Assembly (NCBI GenBank): GCA_017609175.1
Contig: JAFCEJ010000001.1
Location: 1-55,427, forward strand
DNA from: Candidatus Pacearchaeota archaeon
GTDB lineage: Archaea > Nanobdellota > Nanobdellia > Pacearchaeales > GW2011-AR1
Length of the DNA stretch: 55,427 nucleotides
Direction: 5' to 3'
The position numbers were made by a program, and so were the translations under genes. This document shows, one piece after another, positions 9,113-18,803 of this stretch. Numbering within the stretch: position 1 is the first letter of the stretch; the number at the start of each line of letters is the position of its first letter. The notes beneath the pieces were generated by a model. That model did not search any database, was not told the origin of the DNA, and saw only the letters and a program-made list of their open reading frames with translations.

Positions 9113-10231
9113 ATGAAAAAAGGAGTGAAAGTTACGCCATGGGAGGTTTCTGGAGAAGTTAATTATGAAAAACTGATAAAGGAATTTGGGATTTCTAAAT
9201 TAAATGATAAGATTCTTGAAAGGATAAGGAAGCATACAGGAGAATTACATTTTATGTTAAGGAGAAGAGTTTTTTTTGCCCACAGAGATTTAAATTGGTT
9301 GCTTGATGAATATGAAAGAGGAAATAAATTTTTTCTTTACACTGGATGCGGACCATCAGGACCCTTGCATTTGGGGCATTTACAGACATGGATTTTTACA
9401 AAGTGGTTGCAAGATAAATTTAATACTGAATTATGGTTCCAGTTTACAGATGATGAGAAATTTTTGTTTAAAAATAAATCTTATGATGAGATACAAAAGT
9501 GGACTTATGAGAATATGCTAGATGTGATTGCTATTGGATTAAGTCCTAAAAAAACCCATTTTTTAATTGACACAAAAAATATTGATGTGATGTACCCAGA
9601 AGCAATTAAAATTGCTAAGAAAATCACTTTTTCAACTGTTAAGGCATCTTTTGGGCTTACAAATGAGAGTAATATCGGACAGATTTTTTATACTTCAATG
9701 CAGGCAGTTCCAGCAATATTGCCAAGTGTTTTGAAAAAGAAAAATATTCCGTGCTTAATACCTCTTGGCGTGGACCAAGATCCTCATTTTAGAGTTGCGA
9801 GAGATGTTTATCCTAAATTGGGATTTTATAAGCCAGCAATTCTTCATGGTATGTTCTTGCCCCCATTGCAGGGGATTGAAGGGAAGATGAGTAGTAGTCT
9901 TACAACTTCTGCAATTCTTACCACTGATTCCCCAAAAGAAGTTGAGAAAAAAATAAAAAAATATGCTTTTTCAGGGGGACAGCCAACAGTTGCTGAACAT
10001 AGAAAAAAAGGAGGGAATCCAGATATAGATGTTTCATTTCAATACTTTAGAATGTTTTTTGAGCCTGACGACGAGAAATTACAACAAATTTATGACGATT
10101 ACAAATCTGGAAAATTATTAACAAGCGAGTTAAAAGAAATTTTAATTGATAAGATAAATTCTTTTTTAAGAGAGCATCAGAAAAAGAGAGAGCAAGCAAA
10201 AAAAAGGATTGATGAATTTTTGTTGAAGTAA
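9113..10231 (+). CDS. trpS: Tryptophanyl-tRNA synthetase (archaeal type)
   Basis: VTPWEV, GPLHLGH (HIGH), GVDQDPHFR, KMSSS. Confidence 0.97.
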   Translation: MKKGVKVTPWEVSGEVNYEKLIKEFGISKLNDKILERIRKHTGELHFMLRRRVFFAHRDLNWLLDEYERGNKFFLYTGCGPSGPLHLGHLQTWIFTKWLQDKFNTELWFQFTDDEKFLFKNKSYDEIQKWTYENMLDVIAIGLSPKKTHFLIDTKNIDVMYPEAIKIAKKITFSTVKASFGLTNESNIGQIFYTSMQAVPAILPSVLKKKNIPCLIPLGVDQDPHFRVARDVYPKLGFYKPAILHGMFLPPLQGIEGKMSSSLTTSAILTTDSPKEVEKKIKKYAFSGGQPTVAEHRKKGGNPDIDVSFQYFRMFFEPDDEKLQQIYDDYKSGKLLTSELKEILIDKINSFLREHQKKREQAKKRIDEFLLK

Positions 10232-10265
10232 ATAAATTTATAAAATCCTTTTGGTTTTTTGTTTT

Positions 10266-11951
10266 ATGAAAATATTAGCTTTACATTGTGATTATATCAG
10301 TTTTAAACCATTGAAAAAAGCGTTGAAGAATACTGGTAGTTTATCTGAAAAAGAAAAAAAGGGGAAGAAAGTTGAAGAGCCTTTGGTTGTTTTGACGGCT
10401 GTTGAAAAAGGTGATGATGTTGAATATTCTGTGCAAGAGCTTGTTAGAAATATTAAAGATATTGCGAAACAGGTTAATGCAAAAAATATTGTTCTTTATC
10501 CTTATGCTCATTTGTCATCGAATTTAGCAAAACCAGATGTTGCTGTTGATGTTTTGGAAACTGCTGAAAAAGAATTAAAGAAAAATTTTAAGGTTACAAA
10601 AGCACCTTTTGGTTATTATAAAGAATTTGAATTAAAGGTGAAAGGGCATCCTTTAAGCGAGTTAAGTAGAGAAATAAATGTGAATAAGAAAGAAGCAGAA
10701 GAGGAGATTGATTATAAGAATTTATTAAGAGGGATTTCAAAATCAAAACTCGATACTAGGAAATTAAAATCTAATGACCATAGAATTCTTGGGCAACAGA
10801 TGGATTTGTTTAGTTTTAATGAAGTGGCTCCAGGAATGGTTTTTTGGCATAATAATGGTTTGATTATTTATAATGAACTTATAAAATTTTGGAGAGAAGA
10901 GCATAGAAAGGCGGGTTATTTAGAAGTAAAAACACCAGAAATTCTTGATGAGAAATTATGGAAAATCTCTGGGCATTGGCAAAAATATAAGGACAATATT
11001 TTTTTAACCGAATATGAGAAAAGGAATTTTGCAGTTAAACCAATGAATTGCCCCGGAGTAATGTTAATTTATCGAACCAAAACAAAATCTTATAAAGACC
11101 TGCCTTTGAGGATAGGAGAGCTTGGAACTGTTCATCGGCAAGAACTTTCAGGGGTTTTGGGAGGACTTTTTAGAGTAATTCAATTTACACAAGATGATGC
11201 TCATATTTTTTGTACTGAAAAACAATTAGAGGATGAAATTATTGGGGTGATAAATTTAATTGACAAATTTTATAAGAAATTTGGGTTCAAATATCATGTT
11301 GAACTTTCTACTCGTCCTGATTTGAGAATTGGAGATGAGCGGATTTGGGATAAAGCGGAAAAAGCTTTAGAAAATGTTTTGAAAAAGAATAAAATAAAAT
11401 ATAAAATTAATAAAGGGGATGGGGCATTTTATGGACCAAAAATTGATTTTCATATTAAAGATTCTTTGGGAAGGACTTGGCAATGTGCAACAATTCAGCT
11501 GGATTTTTCAATGCCAGAAAGATTTGATTTAACCTATACTGATAAGGATGATAAGAAAAAAAGGCCTATTATGTTGCATAGAGTTATTTATGGAAGTTTA
11601 GAAAGATTTATTGGAGTTTTGCTTGAGCATACAGGGGGCAGACTTCCAATATGGCTTGCACCGATACAGGTAAAAGTTATTGATTTTACAGATAGAAACT
11701 TAAAATCTTGTAAAAAATTTGTTGAGAAATTGAAAGAACAAAATATCCGGGTGGAGACTGATTTTCGTTCAATTCCTCTTGCTGGAAAGATTAAGGAAGC
11801 AGAAATTCAAAAAATTCCTTATATCGTTGTAATAGGCGATAAAGAAGAAAAATCAGATAGTGTTGCGGTGAGAAAGGATAGTAAGATGAAAGTGATTAAA
11901 CAAGATGTTTTTATTAAGAATTTAAAAAAAGAAATTGAAGAAAGAAAATGA
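10266..11951 (+). CDS. thrS: Threonyl-tRNA synthetase with archaeal N-terminal editing domain
   Basis: YPYAHLS and APFGYYKEF editing domain; KPMNCPG, FTQDDAH, GAFYGPKIDF, HRVIYGSLERF core. Confidence 0.97.
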   Translation: MKILALHCDYISFKPLKKALKNTGSLSEKEKKGKKVEEPLVVLTAVEKGDDVEYSVQELVRNIKDIAKQVNAKNIVLYPYAHLSSNLAKPDVAVDVLETAEKELKKNFKVTKAPFGYYKEFELKVKGHPLSELSREINVNKKEAEEEIDYKNLLRGISKSKLDTRKLKSNDHRILGQQMDLFSFNEVAPGMVFWHNNGLIIYNELIKFWREEHRKAGYLEVKTPEILDEKLWKISGHWQKYKDNIFLTEYEKRNFAVKPMNCPGVMLIYRTKTKSYKDLPLRIGELGTVHRQELSGVLGGLFRVIQFTQDDAHIFCTEKQLEDEIIGVINLIDKFYKKFGFKYHVELSTRPDLRIGDERIWDKAEKALENVLKKNKIKYKINKGDGAFYGPKIDFHIKDSLGRTWQCATIQLDFSMPERFDLTYTDKDDKKKRPIMLHRVIYGSLERFIGVLLEHTGGRLPIWLAPIQVKVIDFTDRNLKSCKKFVEKLKEQNIRVETDFRSIPLAGKIKEAEIQKIPYIVVIGDKEEKSDSVAVRKDSKMKVIKQDVFIKNLKKEIEERK

Positions 11952-12020
11952 TTTTTTTGAATAAAAAAATTTATAAAGATAATTTTTTAATTACCCTCAT
12001 TAAATTTTTATAGATTTCAA

Positions 12021-12569
12021 ATGGGAATGATTTATGAATATCCTCTTTCAAGAGAATTAAGAAAAAAATGTGGGAATAGGGGTTTTGGTGTAGATGGTCC
12101 TAACACTAATGTAGCTCCCCCTCTTTGTAGATTAATGGGCGGAAATAGTTGTACTGACCCAAAAAATACTATTACAAGATATAGTTTTTTTATGGATAAA
12201 GAGCCTTTTTTTATAAACTTGGAAGGTCTTTTAAAGAAAGGAGAATTAATTGTAAAAACAGAGAGAAAAGGAAAGATTAAAAGAAAATATGTTGCTTTAG
12301 ATGGGAGATTAGAACCTCGACTTGTATGGGGTGGACATCCTCTGGCAATGATTCTTGATGATTATATTTCTCATCAAATTGAATCATGTATTGAGAGGGG
12401 TTTTGGATTTTTTTATACTCTTAATTTTACACCTGTTGATTACAGAGATATTTTAGGAGTAGCTGAAGAAGATAAGGAGTTCGCATTGGCTTTGGGTGGT
12501 TTATATAACAAAAGTTTAGATGAAAATATGAGATTTCTTTTAAAAAAAACCAGAGAATTTTCTAATTAA
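12021..12569 (+). CDS. Hypothetical protein
   Basis: 182-aa ORF, no recognised motif. Confidence 0.65.
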   Translation: MGMIYEYPLSRELRKKCGNRGFGVDGPNTNVAPPLCRLMGGNSCTDPKNTITRYSFFMDKEPFFINLEGLLKKGELIVKTERKGKIKRKYVALDGRLEPRLVWGGHPLAMILDDYISHQIESCIERGFGFFYTLNFTPVDYRDILGVAEEDKEFALALGGLYNKSLDENMRFLLKKTREFSN

Positions 12570-12599
12570 TTGTTATCTTATTTATCTGCTAGGAGAGAT

Positions 12600-13193
12600 T
12601 TATTTTTCAACAATAAAAGTAATGTTAACTTCTGATTCTAATTTCTTTTTTATTTTAAATCCATATTTTTTAAATAAATCATGAATTTCCTTCTCCTCAA
12701 AAAGATAATAATATCTTTTCCCTTTATCTCTCCATGCAATATATTTTTCTTTTGGTGCATTTTTGAATCGTTTTGAATTTTTATTCCAAACAGCGATAAG
12801 TGCTTGTGCCTTTGGTTTTAAGACTCTAAATAATTCTTTAATTGCTTTTTCTCTTTTTGTTTTTGTGGTTATGCAATGAAAAGTTGCGATTGAGATTGCA
12901 GAATCAAAATAATTGTCTTTAAACGGGAGTTTTGTTGCATCAGCCACAAAAAATTCTGCATTAATTTTTTCTTTTTTTGCTTTCTTTTTTGCGAATTTAA
13001 TCATTTCTTCTGAAAAGTCTACAAGGTATAGTTTTGCCTTTACTTTTAACAAATGTCTTCCTGCTCCACTTCCAAGGTCTAGCACTTTTCCTTTTTGTTT
13101 TTTGAGAAAATCTTCAACACCTCTGCCAGGATTTTTTTTGAATCTATACCATTCTGGAGCAATATTGTTCCAAACTTGTTTTTGAGAGTTCAT
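12600..13193 (-). CDS. Class I SAM-dependent methyltransferase
   Basis: VLDLGSGAGRH, VADATKLPF, ELFRVLKP. Confidence 0.9.
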   Translation of the reverse strand: MNSQKQVWNNIAPEWYRFKKNPGRGVEDFLKKQKGKVLDLGSGAGRHLLKVKAKLYLVDFSEEMIKFAKKKAKKEKINAEFFVADATKLPFKDNYFDSAISIATFHCITTKTKREKAIKELFRVLKPKAQALIAVWNKNSKRFKNAPKEKYIAWRDKGKRYYYLFEEKEIHDLFKKYGFKIKKKLESEVNITFIVEK

Positions 13194-13220
13194 ATATTTT
13201 AGAATTAGAATGGGTTTTTA

Positions 13221-13460
13221 TTATTTTTTGAAATCTTCTCTTAATTTTTGTTCTTGTTCTTTTAAATAGTCTCTTAATCTTTTACCAGGCCCTTTTTCTA
13301 ATTCTTCATTTAGAATATATTCTGCGACCGCTTTTGTCCCTCTTTTGAATGATTGAACAACAAGTTCTTCAGTAATTTTTAATAGTTTTGATTTATCTTC
13401 CTCTGTTGAGATTTTTTCATATAGTTTTTTTAATTCTCTTTTGAGTTCTTTATATTCCAT
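13221..13460 (-). CDS. Hypothetical helical protein
   Basis: 79-aa charged ORF. Confidence 0.6.
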   Translation of the reverse strand: MEYKELKRELKKLYEKISTEEDKSKLLKITEELVVQSFKRGTKAVAEYILNEELEKGPGKRLRDYLKEQEQKLREDFKK

Positions 13461-13509
13461 TTTAATATTTTTTATTTGGACTATTTAAATTTATCTTTAA
13501 TTATAATTT

Positions 13510-14787
13510 TTATTCTCCTTCAAATTCAACAATACTGAAGACCGGCCATTTTGTTAATTTTTCTCTGCCTTTTAATTCAGGTAATTCTATAATAAAAGCA
13601 CACTCAATGATTTGTCCTCCGAGTTTTTCAATTAATTTACAAGATGCTTGTGCTGTTCCGCCTGTTGCGATTAGATCATCAATTAAAAGAACCCTATGTC
13701 CTGGTTGAATTGCATCTTTGTGAATTTCGATTATGTCTGTTCCATATTCAAGAGAATATTCTTGTTGTTCTTTTTCTCCGGGAAGTTTCCCTTTTTTTCT
13801 TATTGGAACAAAACCAACATTTAATTTTTCAGCGAGAGAGCCACCAATGATAAAACCTCTTGATTCAATTCCTGCAACAATATCTATCTGCTTATCTTTA
13901 TATCGGTTATGCAAAATCTCTATAACTTTTTTTATTCCTTGGGGGTCTTTTAATAAGGTTGTTATGTCTCTGAACATAATCCCGGGTTTTGGAAAGTTTG
14001 GGATTGTTCTTATTTTATTTTTTATCTCTTCATATTCTGCTTCTTTGGAAAATGATTCAATTGTTTTGATTAAAACTTGTTTTACTCTTTCTGCATTTTT
14101 GTTGAATATTTCTAGAATCTGCTCCCAGCTTACTGGTTCTTCATCCTGTTTCCAGCAGTCATAATCAGTGGACATTGCTATTGTTGCGTATTCAATTTCT
14201 GCCTCATTTGCTAAAATACATTCTGGTGCAATAGACATATTTATTACATCTGCTCCAAATAAACGAAACATTTTGCTTTCTGCAATCGTGGAAAATCTTG
14301 GGCCCTCGATTGTTATGACGGTTCCTTTTTCGTGATAAGAGAAATTTAATTCTCTGCAAGATTGGATTAATTTTTTTCTCAAATTTTCTGAAAAAGGATG
14401 TGCCATTTGTGTATGAACCGGACCTGATTCAAATCTTTCATAGAATGATAAGCGTCTGTGTTTTGTAAAATCTATGAACTGGTCAAGTATGACAAAATCT
14501 CCCCTTTTTATTTCTTCTCTTAGACTTCCTACTGCGGTTGTTGAAATTATTTTTTTGCAATCCTGTTTTTTTAGAGCATAAATATTTGCTCTGTTGTTTA
14601 TTTGTGTTGGGGGGATTTCATGTTTTCTTCCGTGTCTTGATAAAATAACTACCTCGATTCCTTTTATTTTTCCGAGAATTAATGGGCTTGAAGGTTTTCC
14701 AAAGGGAGTCTCTATTTCAATTTCTTTGTAATCTTTAAGGAATTGTGGATTATCTAGTCCTGAACCTCCAATGATTCCTATTTTCAT
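13510..14787 (-). CDS. mtnP-apt: Fusion of 5'-methylthioadenosine phosphorylase (N-terminal) and adenine phosphoribosyltransferase (C-terminal)
   Basis: [31 protein letters not shown]; then [34 protein letters not shown]. Confidence 0.93.
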   Translation of the reverse strand: MKIGIIGGSGLDNPQFLKDYKEIEIETPFGKPSSPLILGKIKGIEVVILSRHGRKHEIPPTQINNRANIYALKKQDCKKIISTTAVGSLREEIKRGDFVILDQFIDFTKHRRLSFYERFESGPVHTQMAHPFSENLRKKLIQSCRELNFSYHEKGTVITIEGPRFSTIAESKMFRLFGADVINMSIAPECILANEAEIEYATIAMSTDYDCWKQDEEPVSWEQILEIFNKNAERVKQVLIKTIESFSKEAEYEEIKNKIRTIPNFPKPGIMFRDITTLLKDPQGIKKVIEILHNRYKDKQIDIVAGIESRGFIIGGSLAEKLNVGFVPIRKKGKLPGEKEQQEYSLEYGTDIIEIHKDAIQPGHRVLLIDDLIATGGTAQASCKLIEKLGGQIIECAFIIELPELKGREKLTKWPVFSIVEFEGE

Positions 14788-15028
14788 CTTGAAAATTTTC
14801 TAGTTTTTTTACTAAAGACTTGTCTGCATCTTTTCCTATGAGTAGTTTTCCGTTTTGTCTTATTACAGATTTGCGATAAAAAGCTTTTACAAAACTATTT
14901 CTATCAACATATAAAGCATAATCTTCTTTTATTTGGTTTATTGGACGAATAAATACTGTATTGCAGATTATTGTTGCGAAGAAATCTCCTTTTTTTACAT
15001 TGTTTTTGTTTGGTTCTTCATATATCAT
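14750..15028 (-). CDS. Hypothetical protein
   Basis: 92-aa ORF overlapping the start of the downstream gene. Confidence 0.5.
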   Translation of the reverse strand: MIYEEPNKNNVKKGDFFATIICNTVFIRPINQIKEDYALYVDRNSFVKAFYRKSVIRQNGKLLIGKDADKSLVKKLENFQDENRNHWRFRTR

Positions 15029-15150
15029 ACTTTTTGATAAAAAATTAAATTTATAAAAATATGTTGGACTGAAAATATATTTTATTGTCTGTGGGGGCTG
15101 GGTGTTAGTAAGATGATAAATATAAAAAGTCTTATTCTAAATCTATTTTT

Positions 15151-16527
15151 ATGTTAATGCCTTCGTCTGATGAAGTCCGAAAACCTGTGAAAACAATTTC
15201 AGGAATTGCTCCTGTAGCTGTAATGTTGCCGCCACGAAAGTGTGAGCATGGAACCTGTATTTATTGTCCATCATTGAATGTGCCTCAGAGTTATACGCCT
15301 AAGAGTCCTGCTGTTATGAGGGCTATGATGTTTGAGTATGATGCTTATGAACAAGTAAAGGCGAGGATTAAATCTTATAATGCAATGAATCATCCGACAG
15401 ACAAAATTGAGTTGATTATTATGGGAGGGACTTTTTTAGAATATCCTAAAACATTTCAATATCAGTTTGTGAAAGCATGTTATGATGCGTTAAATGGGCA
15501 TAAGAGCAAGAGTTTGTCAGAAGCGCAAAAGAGAAATGAGACAGCGAAACATAGGTGTATTGCACTTTGTATTGAAACGCGTCCAGATGTTTGTTCTGAT
15601 TTGCACATTAAAAGAATGAGGGAATTCGGAGCGACACGAGTAGAGTTGGGGGTTCAGATTATTGATGATAAAATTTACAAAAAAGTTTGTAGAGGGCACA
15701 AAGTTAAAGATGTTATTGACGCGACTAAAAGATTGAGAAATGCTGGATTTAAAATTGGTTATCATATTATGCCTGGTTTGCCTGGAAGTAATCTTGAAAA
15801 AGATTTGAAATTATTTAAGAAGATTTTTTCTGATGAGAAATTTAAACCAGACCAATTAAAAATTTATCCGTGTCAGGTTATGCCTGGTTCTGAATTGGAA
15901 AATTGGTATTGGAAAAAGAAATATAAACCTTACACCAAAGATGAGATTAAAAAACTTTTAATTAAAATGTTGAAAACTGTTCCGCGTTATTGTAGAGTTA
16001 TGAGAGTAATGAGAGAAATTCCGCCAGATTATATAGTGGCCGGCACAATTAGAATTGATTTAAGAAAAGATATTGAAGAAGAGCTTAGGCAGAAAAATAT
16101 AAAATTAAAGGAAATTAGATATAGGGAGATTGGATTTGCTATGGGAAGAGGAGAGAAGATTAATCAAAATTTGGGATTGAAAATTACAAAATATAGGGCA
16201 TCACAAGGAGATGAATATTTTTTAGAAATTATAAATGAAGATGATATATTATTTGGGCTTTTGAGATTGAGAATTGTTGATAATAAGGCGATTATTAGGG
16301 AACTTCATATTTATGGACAGGCTCTAAAGATTGGGGAAAAGAATAACCAAGTTGCACAGCATAAGGGGTTTGGGAAATGGTTAATGAATAAAGCAGAGGA
16401 AATTGCAAGAAAAAATAAATGCAATAAAATTTCTATAATCTCTGGTGTGGGTGTTAGGAATTATTATAAGAAATTAGGTTATGAATTAGAAAAAACTTAT
16501 ATGGTGAAATATTTAAATAATTCATAA
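15151..16527 (+). CDS. elp3: Elp3 tRNA U34 carboxymethyltransferase (radical SAM + GNAT)
   Basis: CEHGTCIYC, IMGGTF, ETRPD, LKIYP, IRELHIYG, QHKGFG, ISGVGVRNYY. Confidence 0.95.
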   Translation: MLMPSSDEVRKPVKTISGIAPVAVMLPPRKCEHGTCIYCPSLNVPQSYTPKSPAVMRAMMFEYDAYEQVKARIKSYNAMNHPTDKIELIIMGGTFLEYPKTFQYQFVKACYDALNGHKSKSLSEAQKRNETAKHRCIALCIETRPDVCSDLHIKRMREFGATRVELGVQIIDDKIYKKVCRGHKVKDVIDATKRLRNAGFKIGYHIMPGLPGSNLEKDLKLFKKIFSDEKFKPDQLKIYPCQVMPGSELENWYWKKKYKPYTKDEIKKLLIKMLKTVPRYCRVMRVMREIPPDYIVAGTIRIDLRKDIEEELRQKNIKLKEIRYREIGFAMGRGEKINQNLGLKITKYRASQGDEYFLEIINEDDILFGLLRLRIVDNKAIIRELHIYGQALKIGEKNNQVAQHKGFGKWLMNKAEEIARKNKCNKISIISGVGVRNYYKKLGYELEKTYMVKYLNNS

Positions 16528-16609
16528 TTCTTATTTTATTATGGATAAATTGTCTCAACAATTTTGGTTTTATTTTTTTAGTTGAGACTCTAATATTTCT
16601 ATTGGAGTT

Positions 16610-16807
16610 ATGATGGCTTTTGATTTATATTCATTTGTTGATGGAATGGATTATAATATTTGTGAGTATTATGATAATGGGAAATGTTATGCTAATTCTG
16701 AAAAACCATGTTTCTGTGAAAAAAATAAAATTAGTTATGAACGATGTTCTTTGAGGAGAACTAATCTTAATATGATAAAAATTTTAGCTGAGAGGTTTTG
16801 CAATTAA
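16610..16807 (+). CDS. Small Cys-rich hypothetical protein
   Basis: 65 aa with six Cys. Confidence 0.5.
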   Translation: MMAFDLYSFVDGMDYNICEYYDNGKCYANSEKPCFCEKNKISYERCSLRRTNLNMIKILAERFCN

Positions 16808-16842
16808 TTTATAAAGTTTGATTGGTTTTTTTTAGAATTGAG

Positions 16843-17442
16843 ATGGTATTTAGATATTTTTTAGCAGGATTTTTAGTGAAGTTAATTACTGGTTTTGATG
16901 ATACTTTGACTCATGTTCCATTGATTTCTTATTTGACTCGGACAAAAAAAGGCAAAATAGCTTTTGGTATTGGGATTTTTCTCGCGATTTGTTTTGCGAT
17001 TATTATTGCAGTATTTTTTTCGTCATTGATTAAGAATATTCCTTATTATAGATATATTGTTAGCGGGTTGATTTTTACTCTTGCAATTGTGATTTATTTT
17101 GATATTTTTAGAAAAGATAAAGTGAGGAAAACAGAAATTAAAATGCGGAAAGTTCAGAGAGTTAAACCAATTTCTCAAAAGAGGTTTTTGAGATTAATTG
17201 TTGTTGGATTTGTTGCTGCATTTGCTACTGTGCTTGACGATATGATTGCTTATTCTTCCCTGCTTTTAGGGCAGGGTGGAGAAAAGATTAGTGGTATTGG
17301 GGGAATTTTATCTGCAAGTTTGCTTGAAATTTTTATAATTGTTTATTTTTCAAGGAAATTGGTGGGATTTAAGTTTAGGAAAGAAATTGCTTCAATAGGG
17401 CTTTTGATTCTTGGGATTTTAGTTATGAAGGGAATTATATAA
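16843..17442 (+). CDS. Membrane protein, CadD/LysE-superfamily-like transporter
   Basis: Two repeats with TGFDD and TVLDD motifs, about six TM helices. Confidence 0.65.
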   Translation: MVFRYFLAGFLVKLITGFDDTLTHVPLISYLTRTKKGKIAFGIGIFLAICFAIIIAVFFSSLIKNIPYYRYIVSGLIFTLAIVIYFDIFRKDKVRKTEIKMRKVQRVKPISQKRFLRLIVVGFVAAFATVLDDMIAYSSLLLGQGGEKISGIGGILSASLLEIFIIVYFSRKLVGFKFRKEIASIGLLILGILVMKGII

Positions 17443-17482
17443 TTGAAAAAATTTAAAAGAGAGACAGTAGTTAGAAATATAT

Positions 17483-17603
17483 GAGCCTGTAGCTCAGTCA
17501 GGTTAGAGCACTGGTCTTATATGACGATGATTCACTGGAATCATTGCACTCTAGATTCGTCTAAGAGAGCCAGGGGTCCTCAGTTCAAATCTGAGCAGGC
17601 TCA
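17483..17603 (+). tRNA. tRNA-Ile(UAU) with 46-nt intron (17522-17567) at 37/38
   Basis: Acceptor GAGCCTG/CAGGCTC, anticodon stem CTGGT/GCCAG, loop CT-TAT-A, T arm CTCAG-TTCAAAT-CTGAG. Perfect BHB: CTTA/TAAG core, GACGA/TCGTC outer helix. Confidence 0.95.
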
Positions 17604-17723
17604 TTTTTATTTATCGCTCAGATTTTTCAAATCCACAGAAAATAAATTTTCTGTGCCACGAAATCAGGCCACGCCTACGCGTGGCTAAGTAACAGGATTT
17701 CGTTGGTGAGCAGGCTCATTTTT
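17592..17723 (+). repeat. 17-bp direct repeat of tRNA-Ile 3' end (TGAGCAGGCTCATTTTT at 17592-17608 and 17707-17723) flanking a palindrome-rich insert
   Basis: Exact repeat read from sequence; nested inverted repeats between the copies. Confidence 0.9.
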
Positions 17724-17767
17724 TTGATTAGTTACTTTTAAAAATGAATTTTTTCTCTAATGATTAT

Positions 17768-17910
17768 GCCCCGATAGTTCAGAGGCCAAGAATGCAGCCC
17801 TTTCAAGATGCAGAACCTACTGATGGTTCTTTACTCTTTGACTCTCTTGAGGTTGTCTCAGGGATGATTGAAGAAAGGCTGTGACCCGAGTTCGAATCTC
17901 GGTCGGGGCA
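17768..17910 (+). tRNA. tRNA-Glu(UUC) with 70-nt intron (17806-17875) at 37/38
   Basis: GCCCCGA/TCGGGGC acceptor, CAGCC/GGCTG anticodon stem, CT-TTC-A, CCGAG-TTCGAAT-CTCGG. BHB with CTTT/GAAG core. Confidence 0.95.
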
Positions 17911-17950
17911 TATTCTAAATATTTATAATGTGTTTTTTCTTTTTTTATTT

Positions 17951-18781
17951 ATGGAAGTTATAAAATATTCTGGAGGGATAGAACCATTTAATCCTGAAAA
18001 AATTAAATATACTATTCTTGATGCAGGAGGCTCAAAAAAACTAGCTGAAGAAGCTGTACAAAAAGTAACAAAAGAATACCATAAAGGAATGACCACGAAG
18101 GAAATTTTGAATATTCTTTTAAAATTTTTAAAAAAAGAACCCGGAGTTTCAGAAAGGTATGATTTAAAAAGAGCAATAATGTCCTTAGGTCCAAGCGGAT
18201 TTCCTTTTGAAACTTTTTTTGCTAATCTATTGAATTATTATGATTACACTACAAAGGTTGGAGAAAAATTAATTGGAAATGGTAGGGTATACGAGATAGA
18301 TATAATTGCAGAAAAAAATATTAATTCTCAAAGAAAAAAATTTATGATTGAATGCAAATATCATAACAAATTAGGTATTAGGACTAAAATACATCACGCG
18401 AAACATACCTATCAAAAATTTCTCAAATTGCAAAAATATAATTTTAACCAACCATGGCTTACAACAAATACAAAATGTTCTTTGGATACTTTAAATTATG
18501 CAAAGAAAGTAAATTTGAAAATAACAAGTTGGAAATATCCTAAAAATGAATCTTTAAAAGATTTAATTAAAAATAAAAAACTTTATCCAATAACTATTTT
18601 AAAATTTCTTCCTAAGGAGATAAAAGAAAAATTATATAATTCTAAAATTTTAATCTTAAAAGATTTGTTTAAATATAATAAAACAGATTTAATTAGAATT
18701 ACAGGCCTTACAAAAAAAGAAATTGAAATGGTTACTAGAGAAGCGAGAGATATTCTTGGAAATACTTCACAATCTTTATAA
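17951..18781 (+). CDS. ATP-cone domain + Mrr-like PD-(D/E)xK endonuclease
   Basis: VIKYSGGIEPFNPEKI (ATP cone); LGPSGFPFE, YEIDIIAEK, MIECKYH, LTTNTK. Confidence 0.85.
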   Translation: MEVIKYSGGIEPFNPEKIKYTILDAGGSKKLAEEAVQKVTKEYHKGMTTKEILNILLKFLKKEPGVSERYDLKRAIMSLGPSGFPFETFFANLLNYYDYTTKVGEKLIGNGRVYEIDIIAEKNINSQRKKFMIECKYHNKLGIRTKIHHAKHTYQKFLKLQKYNFNQPWLTTNTKCSLDTLNYAKKVNLKITSWKYPKNESLKDLIKNKKLYPITILKFLPKEIKEKLYNSKILILKDLFKYNKTDLIRITGLTKKEIEMVTREARDILGNTSQSL

Positions 18782-18803
18782 AATACATCCTTTTTGATTG
18801 GTT

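Noticed and set aside
17521-17875. Box C/D-like words (ATGACGA, GATGATT, CTGA) in tRNA introns
   Set aside because: No properly ordered consensus C and D pair; guide function unsupported.
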